Shown here: positions 1 through 13,671 of the stretch, piece by piece
Layout: every line of letters starts with the position of its first letter
Numbering within the stretch: the stretch's first letter is position 1
Assembly: GCA_951406725.2 (NCBI GenBank)
Contig: OX597816.1
Coordinates: 162,750,001 to 162,814,000, forward strand
DNA: 64,000 bases
Direction: 5' to 3'
Origin: Octopus vulgaris
Taxonomy: Eukaryota
The notes under the pieces: model-generated
The model's input: the letters and a program-made list of their open reading frames with translations, nothing else
What the model was told of the DNA's origin: nothing
Database searches by the model: none
Made by a program: the position numbers and the translations under genes

Positions 1-120
1 AAAGATATTTTATTACAAAAATCTATGATTTTTTAAACAACGAATGGCTATGAGGGTCCACCTGTGTAAAGTAGGGATCAAAAGGTCGATAGGCAAAAAA
101 ATATACTGAGAAACATTGGT
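1..120 (+). mobile_element. Right end of a probable hAT-type non-autonomous DNA transposon (degenerate)
   Basis: GGGTCCA...aaaaaa...TGAGAAACATTG resembles the reverse complement of Charlie/hAT-type CAGTGGTTCTCA termini; partner end lies outside the window. Confidence 0.3.
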
Positions 121-424
121 TTAGTAGGTAAGGGTTTCAGTGTTGTATGACTGATCTGCAATTACGTTGTATGTATGCAAATGGTCTTCGTTAATTTAGT
201 CAGTTTGCTTGTTATGGTTTTCATATTTGTCAACGAAAACATCCAGTGAAATCCGTGAAAGTAGAATCAGTAGATCCAATGGTAATCCGGGTGGAGTGCT
301 GGTATGTGGATGAGGAGAGGGGCTGATAGTTTGGGAAGTGGTTAAGAAAAGTCCAGAGTAGGAAGTTCAGGCAGGATCGAACTGGAGTAACCACGTGAGC
401 GTATAATATGTAGTTGAAATTTAT

Positions 425-600
425 AGAAAAACTAAAGACGAAGAGAGGGGTATGAACAACAAGCAAGTGTATTAGTTTGATGCTCGGGAAAAATATACGA
501 AAAAAAAGGTATTTTACGTTTCGAGCCGGCGCTCTTCAACAGAAAGGAATAAGAGAAAATAAAGAGAGAGAGAAAGAGAAGAGAGAGAGAGAGAGAAAAC
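425..600 (-). mobile_element. Penelope-like pseudo-LTR fragment with HHR-like motif
   Basis: Homologous to 37520-37677 (aaagacgaa..caacaa..ttgaYgctcggga..gtttcgag..gctcttcaacagaaagga); contains an HHR-like fold at 512-545. Confidence 0.55.
512..545 (-). ncRNA. Minimal type I hammerhead-like motif with variant core CUGUUGA
   Basis: Minus strand: TTT-CTGTTGA-A-GAGC gccg GCTC-GAAA-CG-TA-AAA; stem I 3 bp, stem II 4 bp, palindromic ACGT stem III, GUA triplet. Confidence 0.5.
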
Positions 601-648
601 ATTTAGATTTCAGCAGTCCATAACTCATTTAATGTTATTTCTTTTGAA

Positions 649-870
649 AGACGGCGAGCTAGCAGAAAAGTTAGCACGCCAGGCGAAATGCTTAGCAGTA
701 TTTCGTCTGTATTTACGTTCTGAGTTCAATTTCCGCCGAGGTCGACTTTGCCATTCATCTTTTCGGAGTCGATAAATTAAGTACTAGTTGCGTTATGGAG
801 TAGATCTAATTGACTGGTCCCCTCCATCAAAATTTCGGGCCTTGTGCCTAGAGTAGAAAAGAATGTTATT
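649..870 (+). mobile_element. SINE family B (tRNA-like head; central ttcatcctttcggggtcgataaattaagtac domain, Meta-domain-like)
   Basis: Multi-copy in window (3.3-3.9 kb, 12.4 kb, 17.8 kb, 62.4 kb, 62.7 kb); B-box-like GAGTTCAA. Confidence 0.8.
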
Positions 871-1164
871 TCTCCTAAATAGGAGATACTTAACAATATT
901 TGACTGAGCATTTAAAGAGGGTGGAGGTATTAACCTAATACTATTGTAGTGTCTCTTACAATTAATTGGTTGACAGCGTTCGATATGGAAGATGACCTAA
1001 TCTTTGAATCTACTAGTTTCTAGTTGCTTATGGTAGCTGGGGTCACATTGCCGAAGATTTTTAGATTCTATGAGAGGTTATAAATTCTACTGATGTTTTG
1101 AATTTTGTGTGTGCAGGGGGAGGGGAATTCACTTGACGGCAGGAATCTGTATTCATCTTTCTTA

Positions 1165-1389
1165 TCTTTTATTTTTATTTGTTTTAATCATTAGACTGCG
1201 GCCATGCTGGGGCACCACGTTGAGGAAATTTCTTGTCAAATAAATTGACCCCAGTATTTATTTTGTTCTGAGGTTAGAACTTATTCAATCGTTCACTTTT
1301 TGCCGAAGCGCTAAGTTACAGGAACGTAAACCAACACCGGTTGTCAAGTAGAGGTGGAGGACAAAAGCAGACACAATGGCACACACACA

Positions 1390-1435
<46 letters not shown>

Positions 1436-1440
1436 CATGC
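1165..1440 (-). mobile_element. SINE family A, 3' half
   Basis: gactgcggccatgctgg..gaccccag..ttgccgaa.cgctaagtta..ggttgtcaag matches the 38389-38800 copy; runs into (CA)n. Confidence 0.75.
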
Positions 1441-2279
1441 ACACAACATTCATCTAATCCAAGACATTGCAAGAAAACTGGAAAATTGTGTGCAAGGTAA
1501 ATTACTACCTGTTATATCCAAACTGATCTCACACAATTTATATCTCAGTAAACAAACAATATCCTTCAACGAGTCACGACATCTTACTTGTTCACTTCTT
1601 GCTATGACTATGGTAAATTTCGACAGAAATATCGGTAGTTAATGTCAAAATTAAAGCTTCGTTTTGTTTCCTTCTTTATATTTTAACTAATTCTATCTGC
1701 ATTATTGTCGCTCTTCTAGGTCACAGCCTATGGATGTAGGTATGTATGTATGCATCAACGTATGTATGTATGCATGTAAGTATGTGTGTATGTATGTATA
1801 TGAGTGTATCTACACATTTCATTCTCGTCTTTAAGGTATCATTGCAAAGGTCAGGCATGATGATAGCTTTTAAGAGTTACCGTATGTATGTGTGTGTGTT
1901 TGTGCGTGTGTGTGTGTGTGTGTACGCGCGTACGAATTATTCAACTCCATAATCATGTGGATATAATTATATATATATGCAGATATAGTTACAGCATTTT
2001 AGTTGCATCTTAGCTGAAACGATGTATAGGCATCGAGGAAAACGGAATAGCTAGTAGTTTTCGAACGAACTCACCTGCTGTGCTTGCTTTGCACCGAATT
2101 ACAAACACTCCCTTATCAATTTTGCTGTGGACAGCGATTGACTCATTGGAAAACCGAAACCTTGACGTTATAGCTCACCAGTATAAGACATAAATATAAT
2201 AAAAAGATACGAGGTGGTGTGAAAAATTTTCAAGATAGTTATGTTTAATGAACAAATATCTTGTTTACCTAAGTACCGT

Positions 2280-2607
2280 AGGGGTGGCTGTGTGGTTAGT
2301 AGCTTGCTTACGAACTACATGGTTCCGGATTCAGTCCCACTGCGTGGCACCTTGGGCAAGTGTCTTCTATTATAGCCTCGGGCCAACCAAAGCCTTGTGA
2401 GTGGATTTGGAAGACGGAAACTGAAAGAAGCCCGTCGTATATATGTATATGTGTATATATGTTTGTGTGTCTGTTTGTCCCCCTAGCATTGCTTGACAAC
2501 CGATGCTGGTGTGTTTACGTCCCCGTCACTTAGCGGTTAGGTAAAAGAGACCTATAGAATAAGTACTAGCCTTTATGGGAACGTAAACACACCAACACCG
2601 CTTGCCA
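2280..2607 (+). mobile_element. SINE family A
   Basis: A-box TGGCTGTGTGG, B-box-like GATTCAGTCCC, ttgggcaagtgtcttct body, internal TA/TG tract. Confidence 0.85.
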
Positions 2608-2609
2608 CA

Positions 2610-3006
<397 letters not shown>

Positions 3007-3278
3007 GATGTGAATATCTGAAAATCAAAGAGAAGGAGGATAACTTCAGACAACTGCTTTGATATAGAAGCCTCCCGTTTCTATATCCAGATTATAAATT
3101 CACATTTATACCAATAATAATTGGTCCATTTGATTTTGTGAATAAATGCCTAATTGACAATCTGAATGAGCTTGGATTTTCTGAAAAAGATATCAGCATT
3201 TTAACTCACACTTTACAAATACAATCTATAAATGGAACAGTAAAAATATGCAAGACTTTGCTCAAGTTTATAATGTAA
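3007..3278 (+). pseudogene. 3' ORF remnant of a Dong/R4-type (RLE) non-LTR retrotransposon, not in the ORF track
   Basis: Manual translation from 3081: LYPDYKFTFIPIIIGPFDFVNKCLIDNLNELGFSEKDISILTHTLQIQSINGTVKICKTLLKFIM*, colinear with the C-terminus of ORF 62965-63324. Confidence 0.75.
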
Positions 3279-3299
3279 CGTTGTCTTCGTTATCTATTT

Positions 3300-3900
3300 T
3301 CAGAATCGTTTGCACGTCGGGTAAAATGCTTAGCGGTATTTCGTCCATCTTTTCGTTCAGAGTTCAAATCCCGCCGCAGTTGACTTTTCTTTCCATTCTC
3401 TCGGGGTCGATAAAATATTTACCAGTCAAGTACTACGGTTGATGTAATCGACTCCCTCGATCAAAAGTTGCTGGCCTTGTGCCAAAATTTAAAACTATTA
3501 TCGAAAATTAGGTGGCGAGCAGTCAGAATTATTAGATCCTGGGGAAAATAGTTTACAGTATTTCTTCCGATCGTTAACGTTGTGCGTTCAAATCCCGACG
3601 AGATCAGTTCCTTTCATATTTTAGAGGTCCATAAAATAAAAAACCAGTCAAGTACAGTAGTTGATGTTATCAACAATCTCCGTCATTTGAAATTACTGGT
3701 CTCCGACCAAAATTCGGCATAGTTATACGTTCTAAGTTCAAATTCTGCCGAAATCGACTTTGCCTTTCATCCTCTCAGGATCGAGAAGATAAACTCAAAG
3801 AGATAAGCTGTAGTAGGTTAAACACGAGAAGATAAACACAAGTGAAGTACTGGGGTCGATATAATAGGTTAGCCCTTGTGCTTATAATAGAAAGGATTAT
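3300..3900 (+). mobile_element. Three head-to-tail diverged SINE family B copies
   Basis: Repeated gttcaaat(c/t)c..ttt(c)cat..ggggtcgataaaat..accagtcaagtac modules at about 3300, 3510 and 3725. Confidence 0.75.
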
Positions 3901-3935
3901 TATTATTATCATCATCATCATCGTCATTATTATTT

Positions 3936-4420
3936 TATGTTTGAGTTGTGCTATACATTTTTACAAGTTGGCTTTAAGTCTCACCCAGTGACCTCAAGAG
4001 ACAAAAAGTTGGAAGTTCATGTTGGTGTTATGCCTTGGGTGCCATATATTTGATTTTGCACATAAGAAACCATAAGAAAATTATGTGTTTGCTTTAAAAC
4101 TTGAGATTACATAGAAAGTATTTTACGTAGGATATGGGTAATTCCCATGAGCACTATCTTATGAATTTCTGCCATTTTGGGGTTTCCTGGTATCTGAGCT
4201 AGGTAGCAATCAGCCATTTTGCTATCATTCCCAGGGCACCTATGACAACAGGTATTGTTTTAGTCTTCAGGTTCCACATTTTTCTAATTCCTATTTCAAG
4301 ATCTTTAAACTTGCTCAGTTTTTGGTAGGTCTTGACAGATACGTTTATATCGACTGGGACAATCATATCAATGAGGAGGCATGATTTCTGTCTGAAGTCT
4401 TTCAATATGATGTCTGGCCT
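3936..4420 (-). mobile_element. Dong/R4-clade LINE 3' fragment (RLE domain plus 3' UTR)
   Basis: ORF 4199-4507: RPDIILKD..LLIDMIVPVDINVSVKTYQKLSKFKDL..W..IPVVIGALG (PD..D..K restriction-like endonuclease); after a frameshift ..IPGNPKMAEIHKIVLMGITHILRKILSM*; 3' end abuts (TAA/TGA)n. Confidence 0.85.
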
Positions 4421-4424
4421 AGGA

Positions 4425-7400
4425 GAAATGTTGCCCTTGACATTCCTGAAACCATAGTGGAAGAAATGAACCGAAAAACTGTGATATGCAAACCATAGCC
4501 ACGACAAGGTAGAAAATAGAGCAGACGATACAGCAACAAATTGAAAAGTGTCTCAGATCAGCTGGTGCACCAGGCTGTATCTTACTAGAAGGAAGTGATA
4601 CGACACTGTAGAGGTGAGATTCGCTACAGATGATGAGATTTGGGGAAACATTCAACATTAATGAAATATGAACTGATGTTCATGTTAACATACTTTGACC
4701 TTTGAGTCGTGAAAATAAAAATTTCAGATGAACTCCCAGAAATAAACATTTGTTGGTCGTTGTTGGTGGTTTTTTTGGATGTGCAGGACATAAACAATAT
4801 TCTGAAAGTGTATAGACACTTATAAACAAATGAGATGGAGATATTAATCCGGAGGATCAACAAGGTACGGAATTCATCCCAGAATTAATCCACCAGACAA
4901 CAAAAGACTTTACGTGGCCGTTGAGAGCAGGAGGCCCAAGTGTCCCTTGTGTGGTGACATGCTACCTGAAGTTTTTTCTGATCACAGTAATGGTAAGAAG
5001 GGAGACAACCACTTCTGCGCTCATTATCACCACTGTAAGGACCACACCAGCAGAAACAACAGCAGTAACACCTGCAGAAGCAGAAGCAGCTGGTGGGCAC
5101 AACAACACCAATAACAAGAATAAACAAGCGGCTGTGGGAACGGCAGTAACAGCAGCAGTAATAGTTGCTGCAGCATTTGTAGTAGCAACAGAAGCAGCAG
5201 CAATAACGTCAATAGTGGAAGCAACAGCAGCTAAAACAGCACAAAACCTGTATCAATGGCCACCACATCACAGGCAGCAGCAACCACAGCAAGAGAAACC
5301 CCCACAAACAACAATATCAATAAAACAACATCACAAACCTCGCCTCAAGACGTACCCTCCCCGCTTGGCACTACTCAGACATGTCGGGTAACGAAGGGTT
5401 TGATGAGGACCCTATATGACAAAAAGTTATCAAGGCAAAGAAAAGGAAACAAAAACAAATACAAAAATTTGGGAATAGAGGAGACACCCTTGAGCAACAA
5501 TGTTCAAACAGTACCTGCAACAGCTGCTACACCACAACTGTTAACAGCATCGTCCCCCACACAACCAGTAACACTATTACAGCAAACGCCATTACAAACA
5601 CAACCTAATTCACTTACACGAAAGTCAAAGCGCACATCACAACACAAACAAAAAAGCTGCAATAAAGACAACTAATAAAGAAGTAATGAAACACGTACGC
5701 GAGAATAATGTTATGAGCATCAATAATTACATAACATCAAATAATAATAGTCCATCACACATAAAAATTATCCAAATATCAAAACATGCAACAACTTAGA
5801 AGATATACACCCAAGGGAGTTGAGGACTTCCTAGTAAATATCATATCAGTGAAAAAACTAGACAAATAACTGCAACTGGAAATGCTCATTGTTAAAAATA
5901 CGAACGAAATATCTGTCTCTTCGGAGGAATAAGGAGATCCTTTCTCATATACTTCTCTCTGGTTTACCATGTCTCAGCCCAGATTAGGCATTGTAAATAC
6001 ATATAGCCTGGGAACAGCGAGGAAGCATGGTAACCTGCTCAACGACCTTACGTCACTAGTTATAGCTGTGGTGGCCATCGGCGAGACTAGCGTTTCCGAT
6101 CCACAAACTTTCATGCCCATTTTCGGTGGATACGAGACTTACTTATCTCCAAGTCGATCGGGAATGGGTGGTGGCACTGCTGTGCTGATTTGGAAATATC
6201 TGAGTCTCACGATATGAACCATTTTCTTGGATACAGAAAGTATGCTGGTGGTCCTAGATATGAACAGTAGCGAAGAGAATACTTTCAGACTACTTGTGGC
6301 GTGACATTTCATTTTTTTCAGGCGTTTGAAGGTTTTCCTAGGAACGTCTCACCCTTAAGTGCTAATGGGTGACTGGAATGCCATCTTGGGTGCACGTTTG
6401 GATTGTGTGGGGATAGCTAATATGAGAAGGGGTGTATCTTGGTAGAGTATTCTGTAGGCTATTCTGTAAGCCAGTAGATAAGGATTGCGTAGGTTGCCCA
6501 CTTTTTCAAACCGTCAGCTACACAGAATACAAAGGTTTGATCTTCATAGTCGATTTAGATAGATATATCGGCAGGAACCAGTTAAAGGAAGCTGAACGCG
6601 TCACTCCCGGCGCGTCAATCTTACAGAGACCGGATAAGCGAATTAGTTTAGCGAGCAGTTATGAGGTCGATTATCAATAACAGAGTTGTTTGTCATAAAA
6701 AGGATAATTAAAGTAGAATCCATTAGGTTTAGCTATATTTTAGAGAGAGGAAAAATGTAAAATACACTCAGGAACAGTCAATGAGATTGGCCCGCGACCA
6801 AATTCTCCACGCGAAGCACAAAGTCTGTATCATCAAAGCTAAAAGCATGTATTCTATGACATGAAACAGGGAAAGCCGCTCGACAGGCCCAAGTGACAGA
6901 GACGCACTTTGGTGGAGTATAATGGGCACACGCGCCTCGACTTCAAGGTAAGACTTTAGCAGTTATTTGCTTGACTTTTCTGGAGGAATGGAGGACCAGC
7001 ACTACGGATGGATTTAAGTACCTACCTCGACGAACTGCGGAAACTTTCATCAAGAGGAGTGAAGCGTGGCGAAAAGTCGACAGCAACCATGAAAATGCGC
7101 GTAACAATTTTGGGCTGCATGAGGGGTGGAGACAAATCTGGTTTGGGTCATCTGCCCTGCGAGCTTTACTTTTATATACTAGACATATTTGGAACCCTCT
7201 TCGCAGATATCTATCGCAAATGGCAGCATGACGGGAGAATTCTCAGTTCTGCGAGTCGAGGGGCGGTGGAATTGCAATGAAGGGACCCAAACAAAGGGGA
7301 TCACATTGATAATTTTGGGCCCATAACTCTGTCAAATGCAGATTTTAAAATTTTAAACAAGGTGTTAGAAAAGAGGTTGAGTCTTGTCATCGAGGGATCT

Positions 7401-9205
7401 ATCCCCGGTGATACATCATTGAGAGATTGGGTAATAAACCTGGCATGGGTGGTACCCTGGTCAATTTAGATCAATCAAATGCCTTCGATAGGGCCAACCG
7501 CCAAATCTTAGCGGCAGTTCTCACGGCTGCAGATTTCGGTCCCATCTTTCGCCGTTTGTCATAAGGTACTGCAAAATCTCCTTGATAATTCGAGTGAACG
7601 GCCATTCATCAGAACCATTCAACATCATGCACTCGGTCTGTCAAGGCTGGCATTCTCCTCCCTTCTCTATGTACTGCGGCAACTGGAGAAATTGAGAGGC
7701 GTCTCGCGCGAACTCGTGAGAGAACTCTGTCGTTATACATGGACGACGTCACCGTTATACTGTCGGACACTAGTCACTAGTGTACCAAACACTAAGACAT
7801 TAGACACTGATATCAGACATTAGGACCTGATTGACACTACTCTAAAGGAATACGTGGCAGTGACAGGAACAAAAACCAATCAAGAAAACTCAGTGGGACT
7901 GCAACTTGGTACCTGGAGAAGCAAGTCCATGCCGTCCAACAGCGATGTGGAACTCTGGACGGACAGACCGGTTAACTTACTCGGAGTCTGGTTTGGTTCG
8001 CACCGCCAAATGGAGGAGAAATGAGATGAAATGATGAGCAAGATGGCCAGTTGAACCAAGAAATGATCCGAGGAACATCTTTCTCTGAAAGGTCGGACAG
8101 CGTTGGCGAACATATATGTCACTCTCGTCATATATTGCTGTCTGGCCGCCGTGCCTTGTCCCAGTTCACATCTGACCAAACTGGAATGCCTATCCGCCGC
8201 CTTCTGCTGCCCAGAAGCTTCATTTATCAACAGCTGATGCCGCGTAGACAAGTGTTGACACTTCGATATCTCCAGCGTTTCTTTTACGACGAGCAGGTAT
8301 GGTCGCCGTTTGTCAAGCACGCTTTACTGCAGCTCCTTTTTAACTGGCATGCAGTAGACGAGGCCGGCCACCTGACACCTAGAGTGCCATCATGTGCTTT
8401 CAATCTTCTATTAGTCGTTCTATAGAGGTTTAGTCGCGGGCAGAGGTGATGACGTTCTTGCAGAAACCATAGGCATTGGCGGGAATCAACTAGCTGGTAT
8501 TCACTAGTGTATTTTACGTAAAAGCCTATGAATAATCTAGTAGTTTCTCTAGCCTGGCAGTTTTACCGGGGGCCACTCCCAGTTCAAGTTAAACTCTACA
8601 GGTATGGAAGTACCTTCAGCCAGGCTTGCTCCGGATGCGCAGGGCGACGAAACTCTTCTGCACGTTCAGTGCTCGGATATCAGGACAGCTCCGTCTATTA
8701 ACTGACTACTTTGTTACAGATCGTACTCTGCCACTTTCCTTTGCCCGGAAAGGACTAGCAGTGTCTATCTTGTCTAGTGGCAAAAGAAGTTGCGTGGAGC
8801 AAAATGGTTGTGTGGAGGACCAGATTGAAAGGGCTGAAGACAGACACTTTCCTCGTCGACTTCCATGTTCCACTATGAAAAGAAAAATGAGGGCGGAGAT
8901 GTGAAGTGCTGCTTTCGGGCAATTGAGTTGAAAGGTGGATGAATGTAGCAAACAGGACTACTCTGAGCCTGCGACTACAGATTGAGAGACGAGGATGAGG
9001 AGAGTGAACTTGCCTTAGTCATGAGGGCGACCGCAGTCTTATAGGGTTTCTACGAGGATATCCCGGAAGGTTCCTTCTTTCGGGGATAATTTTCTTGAAT
9101 TTTTTCTTCATTGTAATTTTTACTGCTTATAAGCCTTCATTTAAACCCCATCATAACATATCGTACCATGGTCTTCGTGTAATTACTTAGTGGTGACTAT
9201 AGAAA
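4425..9205 (+). mobile_element. Decayed near-full-length Tx1/L1-clade LINE (ORF1 plus APE-RT-CCHC ORF2)
   Basis: ORF1 remnant with VESRRPKCPLCG knuckle (~4920); APE start at 5969 (IVNTYSL..VAIGET..GGGTAVL) and LMGDWNAILG (~6362); RT motifs NFGPITLSNADFKIL, LDQSNAFDRA, VNGHSSEPF..SVCQG, YMDDVTV (~7735); WQFYRGPLPV and C..C..ETLLH..C (~8550-8675); ends in (TTA)n. Confidence 0.85.
5969..8990 (+). pseudogene. Tx1-like ORF2 (endonuclease/reverse transcriptase), multiply frameshifted
   Basis: Motifs listed for the element are spread across frames with stops and deletions. Confidence 0.8.
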
Positions 9206-9211
9206 TTATTA

Positions 9212-9242
<31 letters not shown>

Positions 9243-9890
9243 TATTACTATTGAATTGAATTCTTGATACACTTAACACCTTTATTATTAATATATGATT
9301 AACAGTAACGAAATTAAATTAATTATCTTTAATTAGTAAACTGAAGTTTTAATTCCAACTTGTATTGGAAATACAATACGCATAAAGTAAACATCAACGT
9401 TTGTAAATAATATATATAAAATTGCTATTTATAATTACTAAAACATATTAACGTTATGAATAATAATTATAATATTCATTAGTTTTTAATTAATGTATTT
9501 GTTGTTTAATACTTAAATATTATAGTATTATCACAAAATTTTGGTTAAAGGAATAGTTACCTCAAACACCGAAGGATTACTTTCGCTAATGTATCGATGT
9601 CAATATTACTGTTACATTCATACATATATACATGCATGTGTGTGTTGTGTGTGTATGTGTTTGTGTGTGTGTGTGTGTTTTTTTGTGTGTGTGTGTGTGT
9701 GTGTGCGTTTGTGTGTGTTTGTGTGTATTTATACATCGTATAGAGGAAATCAAATACTTACAGGAGAATGCATAGCAGCAAGGCACGATAAATTTCGGCT
9801 TTGCAAAGTTCTTAAAAAGAGCAGATTCCATCTTCCGAAACCGGCATCGAAAATTTGTGATAACAAATCCCATCTCCGGAAGGTGAATAG

Positions 9891-10154
9891 GTTGCCACAA
9901 AATTTCGATGCAGGCTACAAGCAAATTACAAGCACCAATTACGCAACCATTCTAGAAACAGCTGTAAAGTGCTATCAGGTTGCCAGAAAATTTCGATGCA
10001 GGCTACAAGCAAATTACAAGCACCAATTACGCAACCATTCTAGAAACAGCTGTAAATTTCTATCAGGTTACCACAAAATTTCGATGCAGGCTACAAGCAA
10101 ATTACAAGCACCAATTACGCAACTATTCTAGAAACAGCTGTAAAGTTCTGTCAG
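9891..10154 (+). repeat. 3 x 88-bp tandem repeat with hammerhead-like 3' half
   Basis: Units start at 9891, 9979 and 10067, with few mismatches; each has ctaGAAAcagctgTA as in the 31516-31563 HHR. Confidence 0.9.
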
Positions 10155-10653
10155 CACCCGTTTTTTCTATTTTTTCAAGATTTTTACCTGTAACACTAAT
10201 ACATCTGCTTGCGAAACTGTCATATCAACTCTTAATATCGAAACTATTTAGAAACTTTTCAGTCAACACGTTTGCTGACCTCCTGCTATATATATGTACT
10301 CCATTATGTATTTTCTTTTCTCTCTATGTTGTATAAGTATGTCATAATATCACTTCATAGGTGTTTATGCTTTTTTTTATGTTACTGTTCTTGTAGCTAC
10401 ACACACATAAAATCGATCTTCAGTTGGAGTTTAGGCACAAATTTGACGGGAGCACTAATTGTATGTGCCTCTCACTTTACGTCTTTCGATATCGTATTAC
10501 CCACAATATAAATTGGTCGAGCCGGCCTGAGTTTCGCCGGTCGGCGCACAGGGACTTCAGGCAAGGCGAGTAGTAACTGACAGGACTAATGAAAGAATTG
10601 TTAATCTCTGCGATACCAAGTACATTCTCTTCCGCAAATCAAATCAAAACAGT

Positions 10654-10697
<44 letters not shown>

Positions 10698-10846
10698 AGG
10701 GTGTATATATATATATATATATACATATAATGTATATATATTTGTAATATATACATATATATATACATATATTTATATATATATGTATATATATTTATAT
10801 ATATATATGCCTGTGTGTGTGTGACTGCATATGTGTGTTTGTGTGC

Positions 10847-10893
<47 letters not shown>

Positions 10894-11468
10894 TGCTACA
10901 TATGTATATATATAATATATAAACACACACACACATACGAACTCAGACATACACATTATGCCCAATAATAAGGTAATATGACAAAATATAAACAAAATAT
11001 AATTAGATATATAACAAACAAAATATTATGCTTGAAAATATTAAAATTATATTGTGATTTATATTATTAAATCTTACAGAATTCTTATCAAATATATGTT
11101 GTAAGCAATATCATCTATACATCAAATAGATATTGTGAATAATTTTATCAATATAAATAAATGCAATGTTATCAAATACATAGTTTTCTCTATTATGGAA
11201 ATATGATAAAATATAAAACGTGGGACATTTTTATGAAAATTGGACTCGCTGTATAATGTTTTGCACTCACCTAATGCTTTTCTCTGAAGCATACACATAT
11301 TAAGTTCTAACACCAGGTTATTAGCATCGTTATGGCTAAGAGATATGTATATATATATATATATAAATATATATATATTTACGTACATACATATATATAT
11401 ATATATATTAATATTATTAATAGTTAGGGAATAACTAAATAACTAAATAGCTGTTTGTGTCTAATTTG

Positions 11469-11528
<60 letters not shown>

Positions 11529-11572
11529 AATATCGTTATGGCTGAGCTATATATATATATATCGCTTCACCA

Positions 11573-11612
<40 letters not shown>

Positions 11613-11710
11613 TGTAAAATCTATCTTTTAATTGTTTTAATCATCAGACTGTGGCCATGCTCGGGCACCGCCTTGAAGGGTTTTAGACGAACAAATCGAC
11701 CGCAGGACAT

Positions 11711-12024
<314 letters not shown>

Positions 12025-12029
12025 GCTAA

Positions 12030-12311
12030 TACTTATCCAATCCTCCCTTCTGCCGAACCGCTAAGTTACGGTGACATAAACACTCCAGCACTGATTTTTA
12101 AACGAGGTGGGGTGGATACACAGAAACAAAGATATACACACATAAGATATATACATGTATATATTTATAAGGCAGGCTTCTTTCATTCTCCGTCAGCAAA
12201 ATCCACTTACAGAGCTCTGGTCTGCACGAGACCATAGTAAAAGAAATTTACCCAACGCGGAATCATGTAGTTAGGGAGCAAGTTTTTAACGACCAAACCA
12301 CACCTGCGCCT
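12030..12311 (-). mobile_element. SINE family A, diverged
   Basis: tgccgaaccgctaagttac..aaatccact..acacctgcgcc then (TA)n. Confidence 0.7.
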
Positions 12312-12326
12312 ATATATATATATATA

Positions 12327-12369
<43 letters not shown>

Positions 12370-12429
12370 GTATCTATCTATCTATATGATACATAAAGCG
12401 TTCCTTTTGAAAGGAGTGGCAATCGGGAA

Positions 12430-12632
12430 TAATTCTTAACTGCTTTAGGCCCAAAATTTTTAGGGAGAGGACCAGTTGATTAGATCGACCTCAGTACGCA
12501 ACTGGTACTTAATTTATCGATGCCCCGAAAGGATGAAAGGCGCAATTTGAACTCAGAACGTAAAAACAACAGACGAAATACTGCTAAGCATTTCGCTTGC
12601 CATGCTAACATTTCTGCCAGTTCACCGCCTTA
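12430..12632 (-). mobile_element. SINE family B
   Basis: ggtacttaatttatcga..ccgaaaggatgaaagg..tttgaactcagaacg..tgccagttcaccgcc. Confidence 0.8.
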
Positions 12633-12965
12633 ATCGAGAATAATTCTATGTTAAGGAGGATTCTGAAGACGATGAAGGAGTATTTTGTGAGAGATAGGAA
12701 GTCCGAGCATTTTAGTAAGTCATTTCGGCAATAAACATAGAACTAACAGTGTTAAATATGAAATAACTATGTGTGAATGTGGGTGTGCGGTCTATAACGT
12801 GTTCCTTGATGATCCTTTCTGGTAAAGTATCCAAACGTAATTGCAATACCCAGGGCGGTGTTCCGAGCAATGGTAATTGAAACGTACGTAGAAACAAAAA
12901 CAGACGTGTTTATCATAATTTCACAGTATATGTGTGTATACACATACATTGTATATACATATATG

Positions 12966-13047
<82 letters not shown>

Positions 13048-13285
13048 AATATATATATATACATATATGCATATATGTGTCTAAGCATATCTTTGTATAC
13101 ATCACAGATAAATACTCTCACACGTACGTCTTAACGTATCTGCATACGCTAGCGCACGCATAAGCGCGCGCACACATTTTATACAAATCAAACAATAGCC
13201 TCGTTATAAATTGCAGCTCAACTAGAGGTCTTATGAGCGAATCAATGCATCAGTCGCCATATCACTCAGACACACACACACACAC

Positions 13286-13359
<74 letters not shown>

Positions 13360-13598
13360 CGGGAATGAATACATACATATATACGTAGATATATGTGTGT
13401 GTGATTAACATTGAAAAGTGGGAATAATAACAAATAATGATATTAATAACAACAAACACTAAAATTGATAGTAGAATATATAAATTTATTTCATAAAATT
13501 TTTAATTTAATACAAATAGTATGTTATACGAAATATAAGCATAGTAACAATATTAGTACGTACATATATATGTTATAATAACTATACTATAATATAAT

Positions 13599-13671
<73 letters not shown>

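Noticed and set aside
9891-10154. CRISPR-like array or repeat protein (ORF 9541-10131)
   Set aside because: No unique spacers; the 88-bp period is not a multiple of 3; eukaryotic context
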